A stretch of DNA of 60,919 bases, the filler included, from Sanchytrium tribonematis (Eukaryota), in the NCBI GenBank assembly GCA_018985235.1. It is 7 parts of 7 records of this genome, joined end to end, with 100 filler letters (N's around TTAATTAATTAA, not from the genome) between each part and the next. Parts side by side here need not be neighbours in the genome. Positions count along the whole stretch, not along the records: positions 43,674 to 52,249 come from JADGIG010000371.1; positions 52,350 to 60,919 come from JADGIG010000372.1; 5 more parts are not named here. One strand, given 5' to 3'. Shown piece by piece: positions 43,675 through 54,527 of the stretch. Every line of letters begins with the position of its first letter. The stretch's first letter is position 1. Both the position numbers and the translations under genes were made by a program. The notes beneath the pieces were generated by a model. The model searched no databases. It was not told where the DNA came from and saw only the letters and a program-made list of their open reading frames with translations.

Positions 43675-46600
43675 AATAAATTACCAGATGCCCATTTAAT
43701 ACGCATTGGAAGCAAGGGATATCTGGATAAGATTGAGAAATGTGTAAGTGAAGGGATTGTTTGCATTTTAGAGGATGTGAATGAGCAATTAGACCCAGTT
43801 TTAGATAATATTATTTGTAACAATAAAATCAAGAAAAATAGATATTACATTTTAGGAGATAAAGAAGTTGAAATACACCCACAATTTAAATTGATTTTAC
43901 AAACAAGACTGCCTAATCCACACTACACACCAGAGATACAGGCACAAACTTGTTTAATTAATTTTACAGTCACTTTGGAGGGATTAGAAGATCAATTGCT
44001 TGCTGATGTGGTGAATGTAGAGAGAAGTGAATTAGAACAAAGTAGAGCTGAATTAACAAAACAACAAAATGAATTTAGGATCAAATTATTGGAATTAGAA
44101 AATAATCTATTAAATAAATTAAGCAGTGCCCAAGGCAACTTTTTAGGTGATACGACATTGGTAGAGAATCTAGAGATCACTAAAAAGACTGCCATTGAAA
44201 TAGAACATAAAGTAAAAGAGGCTATAAAGACAGAAATACATATTAATGAAACGCGTGAAATTTATAGACCAGTGGCAAATCGAAGCAGTATGCTCTATTT
44301 TCTATTAAATAGCATGTGGATGATCCATCCCATGTATCAATATTCTTTAAAATCCTTTAAAAATGTGTTTTTTAGAGCCATTCAAAAATCTGAAATTGCA
44401 GAAGATGTAAAGGATCGTGTCAAGAATTTAATAGAAACCATCACATTTGAAGTATTTGTATATACTACTAGAGGGTTATTTGAGAGTGATAAATTAATAT
44501 TTACTTCTCAAATGGTGTTTAATATCATGTTGAAGGATCAAGAAATAGATTCAAATGATTTAGACTATTTATTAAGAAGTCCTAGAGAAATGGCCAATAG
44601 TCCAATAGATTGGCTATCTGATTCACAATGGCAATTATTAAAAGCACTTTCTAAAATTGAAGCATTAAAAGATTTAACAAATGATTTAGAGGGATCTAAT
44701 AAAAGATGGAAGAAATATGCAGAATTAGAAGCACCAGAGAATGAGAAACTACCATCTGATTGGAAATCTAAATCTGCTATTCAACAATTATGTATTTTAA
44801 GAGCATTGCGACCAGATCGTATTTTATATGCGTTACGTCAATTTATAAGCACTAAAATAGGAGATAAATTCGTAAATGGAAATAGATTGCCATTTGCACA
44901 AACTTATTTAGAATCTAGCCCTATCATTCCAATCTTTTTTATTTTATCACCCGGAGTTGACCCCGTGAAAGACGTTGAACAAGTTGGCAAATCTTTGCAA
45001 ATTGGTACAGAATTCAACAACTTTTACAATATCTCATTGGGTCAAGGACAAGAAATAGTAGCAGAGAAAGCACTGGATATGGCTGTTAAACAAGGTGGCT
45101 GGGTGATGCTTCAAAATATACATTTGGTAGCAAAATGGCTTCCTGTTTTAGAGAAGAAAATGGAGGAATTATTTCAATTAGAAGACATCCATCCCAATTT
45201 TAGACTATTTCTGAGTGCAGAACCAGCAGCAGATCCATTATATCACATTATTCCAACTAGTATTTTACAAATATCTATCAAAATTACAAATGAAGCACCT
45301 ACTGGCATGAAAGCCAATCTACACAAGGCATTAGACAATTTTAATCAAGATGCGTTAGAAAGATGCTCAAAAGAAAGTAGAATTTAAATCAGTCTTGTTT
45401 TCACTTTGTTATTTTCATGCTGTGGTCGTAGAAAGAAAGAAGTTCGGTGCAATTGGTTGGAATAGGAGTTACCCATTTAATAATGGTGATTTGGCCATAT
45501 CTGTGGATGTTTTATTCAATTATTTGGAAGGATTTGCAAAAATACCATGGGATGATATTCGATATATTTTTGGTGAAATTATGTATGGTGGACACATTTC
45601 TGATGATCTAGACCGTAGATTATGTGCGACTTACTTGCAGGTATATGTACGTGAGGAATTATTTGATACTTCTTTGCAATTTGCACCCAATTTTCATGCG
45701 CCACCCAGTTTGGATTATTTAGAATATCACAGATATATTGATGAGAATTTACCAGCAGAGAGTCCATTATTGTATGGCATGCATCCAAATGCAGAAATAA
45801 ATGTTCAAACTATTACAAGTGAGAAATTATTTACAACCATGTTGGAATTACAACCCAAAGAATCTCAAGCACAAGGGGGTCTTTCTAAAGAAGAGAAATT
45901 AAAAAACATGATTGAAGAAATGGTGCAACAAATTCCTGATCCATTTCGGGAAATTGGTGGTAAAATAGAAGAGAAAACACCATTTACCAGTGTTTGTTTG
46001 CAAGAATGTGATCGAATGTCTAAAATATTAATAGAAATGAAGAGATCTTTAAAAGAATTACTATTAGGACTCAAGGGAGATTTGAGCATTACTGATTTAA
46101 TGGAACAAATGATGCAATCTCTGTATTTTAATAAAGTGCCAGAAAATTGGATAAAATTGACTTGGCCATCTACATTTAGTTTAAATCAATGGTTTATTGA
46201 TTTATTAGCCAGATTTAAACAATTAGAAACTTGGAGTCAAGATTTTAATGTCCCACTGGTTGTTAATTTGTCATTTTTATTTAATCCTCAAGCATTTTTA
46301 ACTGCTGTGATGCAAACTACTGCACGTAAAAATGAATGGCCATTGGATAAAATGACATTAAATATAGATGTATTGAAGAAACAACGCGATGAAATCCAAC
46401 AGGGACCTCGAGATGGCATTTTTATGGATGGACTGGTGTTGGAAGGGGCAAGATACGAAGGCGGATTGGTGGATTCTAAAATGAAAGAATTGTATTTTAC
46501 AATGCCAGTGATCCATGTCAAAGCAGTTCCAATTGATAAAGCAGATTTAAATGGATATTCATGCCCTATTTACAAAACAAAACAACGTGGTCCAACTTAT

Positions 46601-46681
46601 ATTTGGTCATTAAATTTAAAATCAAAAGATCCAATTAATAAATGGGTGCTTGGTGGGGTGTCTATGCTGCTCATTAGTTAA
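43675..46681 (+). CDS. Axonemal outer-arm dynein heavy chain (beta-type), C-terminal part, 5'-truncated; one-base frameshift at ~45376
   Basis: LPNPHY.PE, INFTVT..GLEDQLL, FFILSPGVDP, SLGQGQ, WVMLQNIHL, CYFHAVV.ERKKFG..GWNRSYPFN.GDL, GEIMYGGHI.DD.DRR, CPIYKT..RGPTYIW, KWVLGGVSMLL. Confidence 0.93.
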
Positions 46682-46707
46682 TAAATTTGTTTATGTTGAG
46701 TCAAAAT

Positions 46708-47427
46708 TTATTCATTTAAATTCACTGTCAAATATTGATGGTCTTTATCCACAATTCCAAGTGATTTTAATGTATTACAACAGTCTTTTAATGCTTTATT
46801 GTCAAATATAGACATATCGGATGGATACTGAATCATTTTATACGATTCTTTATTTTTGTGTTTTAATAAATCCAAATGGTTCAATCTAGTCATTTCATTT
46901 AACATGACTAATAAATCATGCTTGTGCTGTACAATATCCGGATGACACGCAATATAAAATGAAGGCCATGGACTGTCAATGGTTCCCATGATTTCAGATT
47001 TATCAATTAATGGCAAAGTCGTGAAATATTCCCATAAAAATGCATCAATCTCACCTTTTCTTAAATGATCCAATAATCCATTGATATCTTGACATACCTT
47101 GAAGTTAAATTGGATTCCATCTCTATTTTTGAGTAAATGGCCCATTAATTCACTTCCACTGCCAACTCTGGATATTCCTAATGTTTTAATCTGTTTTGTG
47201 GATGGTTTATTGCCACAGATCATCCATGTAATGGGATTGATCATGTACTGGCCAATGATGGGATATTTGCCACTTTTAACAAATCCTTCTGTTAATCCAA
47301 TAGCCACATCAATCTCACGCTTATTGAGCAGATCTAACATTTGACCAGTGCCACCAGGACAAATAGTCGTCATATGTTGAATGGAAGCAAAGAATCTTTC
47401 AGGGACACAACCAATTCGAAATGACAT
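46708..47427 (-). CDS. Type 2 periplasmic-binding-fold protein (NMT1/THI5-like, fungal Ca3427-like)
   Basis: IGCVPE, PGGTGQM, IDVAIGLTEG, GISRVGSGS..M, DAFLWEYFTT, SPWPSF. Confidence 0.75.
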   Translation of the reverse strand: MSFRIGCVPERFFASIQHMTTICPGGTGQMLDLLNKREIDVAIGLTEGFVKSGKYPIIGQYMINPITWMICGNKPSTKQIKTLGISRVGSGSELMGHLLKNRDGIQFNFKVCQDINGLLDHLRKGEIDAFLWEYFTTLPLIDKSEIMGTIDSPWPSFYIACHPDIVQHKHDLLVMLNEMTRLNHLDLLKHKNKESYKMIQYPSDMSIFDNKALKDCCNTLKSLGIVDKDHQYLTVNLNE

Positions 47428-47450
47428 GGGGTAAATTTTGAAAATTATTT

Positions 47451-47999
47451 TTATTTTTCTTTGACTTTAAAAGTCACAAATTTCTTGGTTTTACCGCATT
47501 TGCTATTCCAGATCTTGCATGTAATAGACAGTTTTAATGTACAAGTACCCACCATATTGTGAGTCAGTTGCACATCGCGTTCAAAAGTGGCAGTACTCAC
47601 AAACATGTTCCAAAATGAGTATTCATATTTGAATAGCCGATGCAGCGTATCTTTGAATACGACGTGCTTCAACCCGCTACCACAGGTGACTGACAATTTG
47701 ACGTCGTACGTCGAGAAATAGTTGACTCGGTTGCTTGATAAAATAATTTTTAAATTTTCACCCACATTATATTTTTCTTGCGTTTTTGGGTTTGGAGACA
47801 CTATCTTGATTAATGGGTCATATTCCTCTCTTATCAAATGATCATTTGCACCTACACGTGGTCTGTTCGCTTCTTGCATAGTCCCTATAGCAAATTTGAA
47901 AACTACAGGCCAAACGGACTGTTGATAGCTTGGATCTCTACGTCCGTGATTATAACCTCGTCGATCTGGCAGTGCAAATAGAAGCAACAAATAAATCAT
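47451..47999 (-). CDS. Small secreted protein with a beta-sandwich-like domain
   Basis: ATG at 47999 gives MIYLLLLFA; IKIVSPN....YNVGENLKI; paired Cys residues. Confidence 0.65.
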   Translation of the reverse strand: MIYLLLLFALPDRRGYNHGRRDPSYQQSVWPVVFKFAIGTMQEANRPRVGANDHLIREEYDPLIKIVSPNPKTQEKYNVGENLKIILSSNRVNYFSTYDVKLSVTCGSGLKHVVFKDTLHRLFKYEYSFWNMFVSTATFERDVQLTHNMVGTCTLKLSITCKIWNSKCGKTKKFVTFKVKEK

Positions 48000-48247
48000 T
48001 TCAAGGAGCAGCTCGAGTTTTCTCCAACTTGAGAGGTGATTTGATGACAATCACGTTTTCTCCCAAATCATTAAAAATTAAAATGTGAGAAATCCGATGG
48101 GATTAATTGGATATTATTCCATGGTACCAATATTTTAATAAACGACGTCAATGGTCCATCACTATCTCATCCAATCAAATGCAATACGTCGCCATCACAT
48201 GCTGTTTCTATCCAAATGTCAAGGGGCAACATTCAAAACATCTTCAA

Positions 48248-50141
48248 ATGGACTCCCCTCAAGTAGATAACTCAAGATTAATGGACAAGAAATGGCAAGA
48301 TGTTCAAAAGAAAACATTCACCAAATGGGTCAACTCTAAATTGCAACTTCAAAAACTAAAAATCAGCGATTTAGTGACTGACATGACAGATGGTGTCAAA
48401 TTGATTGAATTATTAGAGATTATTGGTGATGAGAAACTCGGTAAGTTCAATAAGACCCCTAAAATGCGTATCCAAAAGGTAGAAAACTTGAATTTAGCTC
48501 TGGCATACATTAAATCCAGAAATGTCCCAATTACCAATATTGGTGCTGAAGATATTCTAGATGGAAATGAGAAACTGATTATGGGTTTGATCTGGACTAT
48601 TATTCTTAGATTCTCCATTGCAGATATCTCAGAAGAAGGATTAAGCGCAAAAGAAGGTTTATTGCTTTGGTGTCAGCGTAAAACTCAAGGTTATCAACCA
48701 GATGTGAATATTAAAGAATTTTCATTCAGTTGGCAAGATGGTTTGGCATTCTGTGCATTAATTCACCGTCACAGACCTGATTTATTAGATTTCAGCACTT
48801 TGAACAAAAAAGACCGTCATGGCAACATGGAAATGGCATTTAGCATTGCTGAGTTGAAATTAAACATCCCAAGATTATTAGATCCTGAGGATGTCATTGA
48901 TTTGGCTAAACCTGATGAAAAATCCATCATGACCTACGTGGCTCAATATTTCCACGCATTCAGTTCTATGGACAAGGTAGAAGTATCTGGTAGAAGAGTG
49001 GGTAAATTTAGTGATTTATTGATGACAGCGTGGAACATGCAGCATGATTATGAAGAAAGATGCGCCACATTGACAAAATCTATTGAATCTAAAATCCAAT
49101 TTTGGAACTCTGCTAAATTCACAAATACCTATGAAGATGCTAGAAATCATTCAGATCAATTCTTACAATTCAAATCTACTGAAAAAAGAAACTGGATTGC
49201 AGAAAAGAGAGAATTGGACACTTTATTGAGTAATATTCAAACTAAATTGCAGACTTATGAATTGCCTGCTTACCATCCACCTCAAGGATGCACTCCTGCT
49301 GATTTAGATCATATTTGGGCTGATTTAGTGGCTAAAGAAAAGATTAGAAAAGCCAATATTAATGGAAAATTAAAGGAAATTAAAGATGCTTTGCAACAAC
49401 AATTTGCAACAAATGCCAATCAATTGGTTAATGAAATCAACAAGATCAGTGCTGATATTGCTGGTGTAAGTGGAGAATTGGAGGAACAGCAACAAGTCGT
49501 CAAGAGATGTTGGACTGAATTAGAGAAATTACAAGACAAATTAGTAGTTTGTGATGCAAATGAGAGAGAGTGCTTGGCAGCTAATGTCACAGAGAATGAC
49601 TACACAGTTTACACCACAGATGATTTGCATTTTGATGTTTCATTATTGCAACAAGTGATTAAACGAAAAATGGCATTTATTGAAAACCAAATTGTGGCTA
49701 AAAAGAACATGTCTGGATTAACCCCACAACAATTGGAAGAAATTGACAAGACATTTAGACATTTTGATAAAGATTCTAGCAATTCATTGACATTGGCTGA
49801 ATTTAAAGGAGGTTTAACTGGTTTGGGTCAAGTATTAGCAGATCCTGAGAAATTATTCAAGGAATTGACACAGGGCAATGAAACTATGAATTTTCAACAA
49901 GTATTTTCAATTGACGTAGTTTAGTTTGTATATGAAGAGTATTTTGGAAGACAGAACCACTAAGCCACAAATTATGGCTGCATTTAGTGGTATTGCCAAT
50001 AACAAGTCATTTATCACGGATCAAGATTTATTGATGGCCAGATTGGAACCAGCTACTTTGAGTTATTTGAAATCAAAGATGCCTGCTGTAGATGGCGGAT
50101 ATGACTACAAGGCATTCTTGGATAGCATTTTCCATCAATAA
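48248..50141 (+). CDS. Alpha-actinin (2 CH domains, 2 spectrin repeats, EF hands), join(48248..49900,49920..50141)
   Basis: QKKTFTKWVN, GLIWTIILRF, LLLWCQRKT, PDEKSIMTYV, FRHFDKD, YDYKAF. Splicing gives MNFQQ-FSLYMKSILED. Confidence 0.95.
49901..49919 (+). other. 19-nt spliceosomal intron GTATTTTCAATTGACGTAG
   Basis: Phase 0; removal restores the conserved EF-hand helix F..F..YM. Confidence 0.92.
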
Positions 50142-50270
50142 ATTTATGGATTACTATTTCATGATTCTGGCTCTAAATAGTGACGTGCAACGTCATTGGT
50201 AGATGATTGGTACGCAGCACATGTGTGGCTTCAATTCTAGTTTATAAAAGTCGCTATCCGACATTTCTCC

Positions 50271-50777
50271 ATGTCACAACCTAGAATCTCACAAAATAAT
50301 GAATTATCATTCAACAATGCACGCAGGATAGCCAGACAAATATGTAAATCAGCCATACGCACCAAAACATCACCCATTGAAATTCTAAATACTAAAACAC
50401 TCGATGCGCCATTGCGTGCATGGGTGATAGATTGTATGGAAGCGAGATTGCTTAAGGATTATGAGAGAGAATTAGGGAAACATCAAGAATATCAAAGATT
50501 AAAAACCATGGAACGCCATTTTAATCAATCTGTAACCATGAGAAGCAACCGACTTGCTCGTGAAACAAATAGAATAGAGGCAGCTAATACGCCACCTCGT
50601 AGTAATACTAGTGCATTTACCACGCCACCTCGTAGATTTGGACGAACCATTACTCTACAAAGCCCGCCTTCTCCACCAGTATCTACGCCAACACCTGAAC
50701 CACGAGTCACACGATCAATGGCGAGATCAGTGGCCACAAATGACAGTCCCTTGATTACTCTAGTGGAAGACGATTAA
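50271..50777 (+). CDS. Hypothetical protein with basic, Pro/Thr-rich tail (TPPR repeats)
   Basis: TATAAAA 28 nt upstream of ATG; stop followed by AATAAAT. Confidence 0.7.
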   Translation: MSQPRISQNNELSFNNARRIARQICKSAIRTKTSPIEILNTKTLDAPLRAWVIDCMEARLLKDYERELGKHQEYQRLKTMERHFNQSVTMRSNRLARETNRIEAANTPPRSNTSAFTTPPRRFGRTITLQSPPSPPVSTPTPEPRVTRSMARSVATNDSPLITLVEDD

Positions 50778-50785
50778 ATAAATAT

Positions 50786-52012
50786 TTAATTGAGTTTATT
50801 AAAATGCTTTTGTTTCTTCAATTTTATCCATAAATGAATAATTACCAAAATAAGCATTAAATTCAAAGAATAATGCATGATACTCGGTATAAATGGCTGT
50901 ACATCGCATTGTTGTAAATTAAAATACTTGATTTCTCTATTTTCAGACTCACACGTCATCATTTCCATATCTAATAATTCTTCCATAAATACATCTGCTT
51001 CAAATAAAACATCGTCGTCAATGCCCCCACTTAAAGTAATCACATCTCCCTCATTTGCAATTAATTCTGACTTGCCACGTACATTTAATCCGCTGATAAA
51101 TTCAAATTTATTATAATCCAAGTCGATTTTAAGTGGATATTTGGAAATACGGGTTAAATGAAATGGTGCTTTATTTTGCATCATTGCAAAGTGTGTAATA
51201 TATCTAACAGTTTCATTTCTGATATTAAATACAAATAAATACTGTAATTCACCATGATAATTAATGGTAATCACATTAGATGAAAAATGAACTTCATCTT
51301 TAATATTTTTAAAACAGGAATATTGCCGTTTAAATTGAGTATTGTAGAGTGCGACTCTATCATTTTGTAGTGTTAAATCACCCATAATAAATGGATTCAA
51401 TGAATATAATGCCAATATATCAGATTCATTGCTAAATAACAACCAATTCTTTTCAATCTCAGTATTTCCCCCAAATAAATTCGTATGCTCATAAAAATGT
51501 GGTTGTAAGAATAATCCATCTGCAGCACCTTCTAAAGCATCTCTAAATTTCATGATTTCAATGCCACGTACTGGTAATTGTGCTTGTGGATTATTATTCG
51601 TGTAATATAAATATAATTCATTTTGGTGTTGAAATATTCGAGGATCCTCAGCACCTCGATATCGTTGCCAAAATGTACTACTATACCATTCATTAAATGC
51701 CTCGGTTTGTTGGACTTGAAGTGTTTTAATGGTTCCCAATGGCATTTCAATAATCTGATTTAAGCTATCTTTATTTTTAGGGACATCTGGTGGTAATAAT
51801 GGTAATCCGGGTTCAGATATTATGAATTTAATAGATGAATTCCCATTATATAAATCCATATTATAATGATGATCACATCTGAATAAAATCACATCTTGAT
51901 TCTCGAATTTACTAAATATAATGTTGTAAACTCTATAACAATCTGGCATTTGTGGTTTATATGGGTTTATATTGACTACTCTTCCTTTGATATGGAAATA
52001 GCTTTGAGACAT
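50786..52012 (-). CDS. Beta-propeller glycosyltransferase/phosphorylase-like protein (Bmt/GT91 or GH130-like) with C-terminal TM
   Basis: GAEDPRIF, EKNWLLF and YSLNPF motifs; C-terminal hydrophobic helix plus basic tail. Confidence 0.6.
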   Translation of the reverse strand: MSQSYFHIKGRVVNINPYKPQMPDCYRVYNIIFSKFENQDVILFRCDHHYNMDLYNGNSSIKFIISEPGLPLLPPDVPKNKDSLNQIIEMPLGTIKTLQVQQTEAFNEWYSSTFWQRYRGAEDPRIFQHQNELYLYYTNNNPQAQLPVRGIEIMKFRDALEGAADGLFLQPHFYEHTNLFGGNTEIEKNWLLFSNESDILALYSLNPFIMGDLTLQNDRVALYNTQFKRQYSCFKNIKDEVHFSSNVITINYHGELQYLFVFNIRNETVRYITHFAMMQNKAPFHLTRISKYPLKIDLDYNKFEFISGLNVRGKSELIANEGDVITLSGGIDDDVLFEADVFMEELLDMEMMTCESENREIKYFNLQQCDVQPFIPSIMHYSLNLMLILVIIHLWIKLKKQKHFNKLN

Positions 52013-52349
52013 TTGGCCTACTTGGAAATACTTTATTTTATGACTTGGGGTAGTTCTAGAGGCTATAAAAAGCGATGATTATTTAATCAATTTAATCAGA
52101 GAGTTCACTTATGCTTTGAAAAGCGTCTCAAAAGATTAAATTTGCTCCAATCAACGAGGTCAAAATGTTTCTAAAAGATATAAAAACGAGTTCTCCACCT
52201 AAAAGAAATGGTATCAATTAATGATGTAAACTCAGTTCCTCACTTTACGNNNNNNNNNNNNNNNNNNNNNNNNNNNNNNNNNNNNNNNNNNNNTTAATTA
52301 ATTAANNNNNNNNNNNNNNNNNNNNNNNNNNNNNNNNNNNNNNNNNNNN

Positions 52350-53900
52350 TGCAATGGTCTCACAAACATCATTGATAAATTTGTTAATATAACCAACACT
52401 ACATCCATAAAGTATTTGTAAATCATATTGTCTTGCATGTGTTGTAAGATAATGAACAAACACACAAACTGCCTTTTTAAATTGATCTTTGGATTTATAA
52501 TTCGAGTAAAAATACAAATCAAAAATCGAATTCTCAATGGTAGCACTCTTGATCCTATAAATCTTTTTAAATGCTCTTGGTTTCAATTTGGGATAGCAAC
52601 TTTCCCACCAATCTGTTTTTGGCACTTGTTCTCTTTCTTTAAGTGTAATTCGTGGTACTATATGGTGAAATGGGATGTCTTTTAATGTTATTGTATCAAT
52701 AAAATCATCTATTGTAGATATACTGTCGTCTGATGAGAAATCAATTAGCATGTCTAAAGGGGAAATTTTGGACAGACAATTTATTAAGATATTTAACAGA
52801 CATGTCCAAAAACACATCCATGATGATGTGATATTTTCACATGTGACCCTCTGAAACACTTGAATGTTGCCTTGTCCATTGTTTTGAATCAGGTCCCGGA
52901 TATCCTGTTAACATCATCAGGTTTTGGGGTTTGGGGTTTATCCAACATCTGTTTTGATATCTTCTGGGGATCTGCTTCTATTTGTACAATCTCAAATATT
53001 ACAAAGGAACTGAAACCCAATGATATTTCGACTTTAAAACAAGGGGGAACCAATCAAGAATCAACATCAACAATGGGTCAAAATCGCTTCACATATTGTT
53101 GTTGACATATCCAAGTATCTAATTGAAGTCCTTATGCTTTTATGTTTCTCAAAAAATTAGTAATAGAGTGTTTGCGATTGACATTTACAAATAAATTTTC
53201 AAATTGTTTCGAAATACCCCTTTGTATCTCCTTTAAATTTTTGGAAAAACACGTGAAAATATCCCCATTTTGAATATCCAATTTGCAAATTTTAAAATGA
53301 CCAAAACAGCTTCTGAAAACGATGAAAAATAAAACAATGATGACACAGCTTCAAAATCAAGTAGCGAAAAGCAGAAGAAGTCACAATTTCGTTGGAATTC
53401 GCAAAAGATTTGGCATTGGGAAAAGAAATCCTTGCAAAATTTCCTTATCATTTTCCAAGTAAAGTTACTGCCATATTCACAGATAACGGAATAAATATTG
53501 GAAAATCATTTAATAATGGAGAACCAGTAAATGGCGGAAGTTGTAAACGTCATTTTCAAGAAAATGTTGCAAATTGGAAAAAGAACGACATTAAAGACCG
53601 ATGGGTCGAATATGAAGAATACGACCAAATTTACCAAGAACTTGTGGATTTATATTCAGCGTATTTAACAGATCATAATGAAAACAAAGAATTAAAAGAA
53701 GAAGAGAAAAAGAAATTAGTAGAAGATGAAAAGCATGCATTGGAATTTAGAAAAAACGCTGCATTGAAATGGGGAGACAAAACAAATATGGAGGATCCAA
53801 AAAACGTAAAGAATAGGAAATGATCCGCTGCAAATAGTGATATTATTGATTTACAAAGCCTTGAAAATGTAGAAAGAGATAAATTGGATTTGGACACAGA
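52350..53900. mobile_element. PIF/Harbinger-like element: transposase N-terminus (minus, 52751 to contig edge) and divergent Myb/SANT-like ORF (53392-53823, plus)
   Basis: WW...Y......FKKIYRI...T, FVHYLTT..RQYDL..LYG.S..YI.KFI.DVCETI resembles the HARBI1-type N-terminus. The companion ORF has EYEEYDQIYQELVDL...EEKKK...ALEFRKNA. Confidence 0.6.
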
Positions 53901-54306
53901 TTCGAAAAGAACTCATGCAAGTATTAAACAATCGCATTTCATGGGTGTTGTTTGTTGTCACTATTTTTCAACACTAGCAAATATTTTGACGAAAGTAAAG
54001 AATAAAACTAGACCAAAAAACAAACATGTGGTAACAGCGTTTGGAGAAGATTATTGGAGGCCTTGGAAAAGCGTTGTTGAAAAATTGAAAAAAAACGTAT
54101 TTATTAATCAGATTGAATAGTAGTTGATAAACGATGTAATGAGTGTGTTTGTTAAAACGTAGATCATCAAATCGAGGAACCCAACAGTGTCGCAGATGTC
54201 AACTAGGGATTGCCAATCTTGCCAGTTTTCGTAGCCCTCATAACGAGTATCAACGTTCATCTGAAACGTGTAAATGCTTCCATTGCGAAAGCACGCAATA
54301 CGAATA

Positions 54307-54527
54307 TCCTTACATCGAGAAACAATAAATTCACGTTCTATCTTTTCTTTTTTGCGGCAGTTTTGCCTGCAATAACAACATCTTTTACAATTCGATTTAC
54401 ATCCTCTGTTTCATCCAAGGAAAATCGATTCCAATTACGCTCAGGTTGGTTAAATGCTCGAATATGCGCAGAGTTCAATTTTGAGCGGATTTGTCTCAAG
54501 TTTCGCTTTTAGGATTGAGAAAGATCT
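54307..54527 (-). repeat. Second copy of the dispersed repeat at 36672-36898
   Basis: Reverse-complement similarity as described for the first copy. Confidence 0.8.

Noticed and set aside
52018..52031. 14-nt GTATTTCCAAGTAG (minus strand) as a mini-intron
   Set aside because: Lacks the ATTNA branch motif and does not connect to an upstream ATG.
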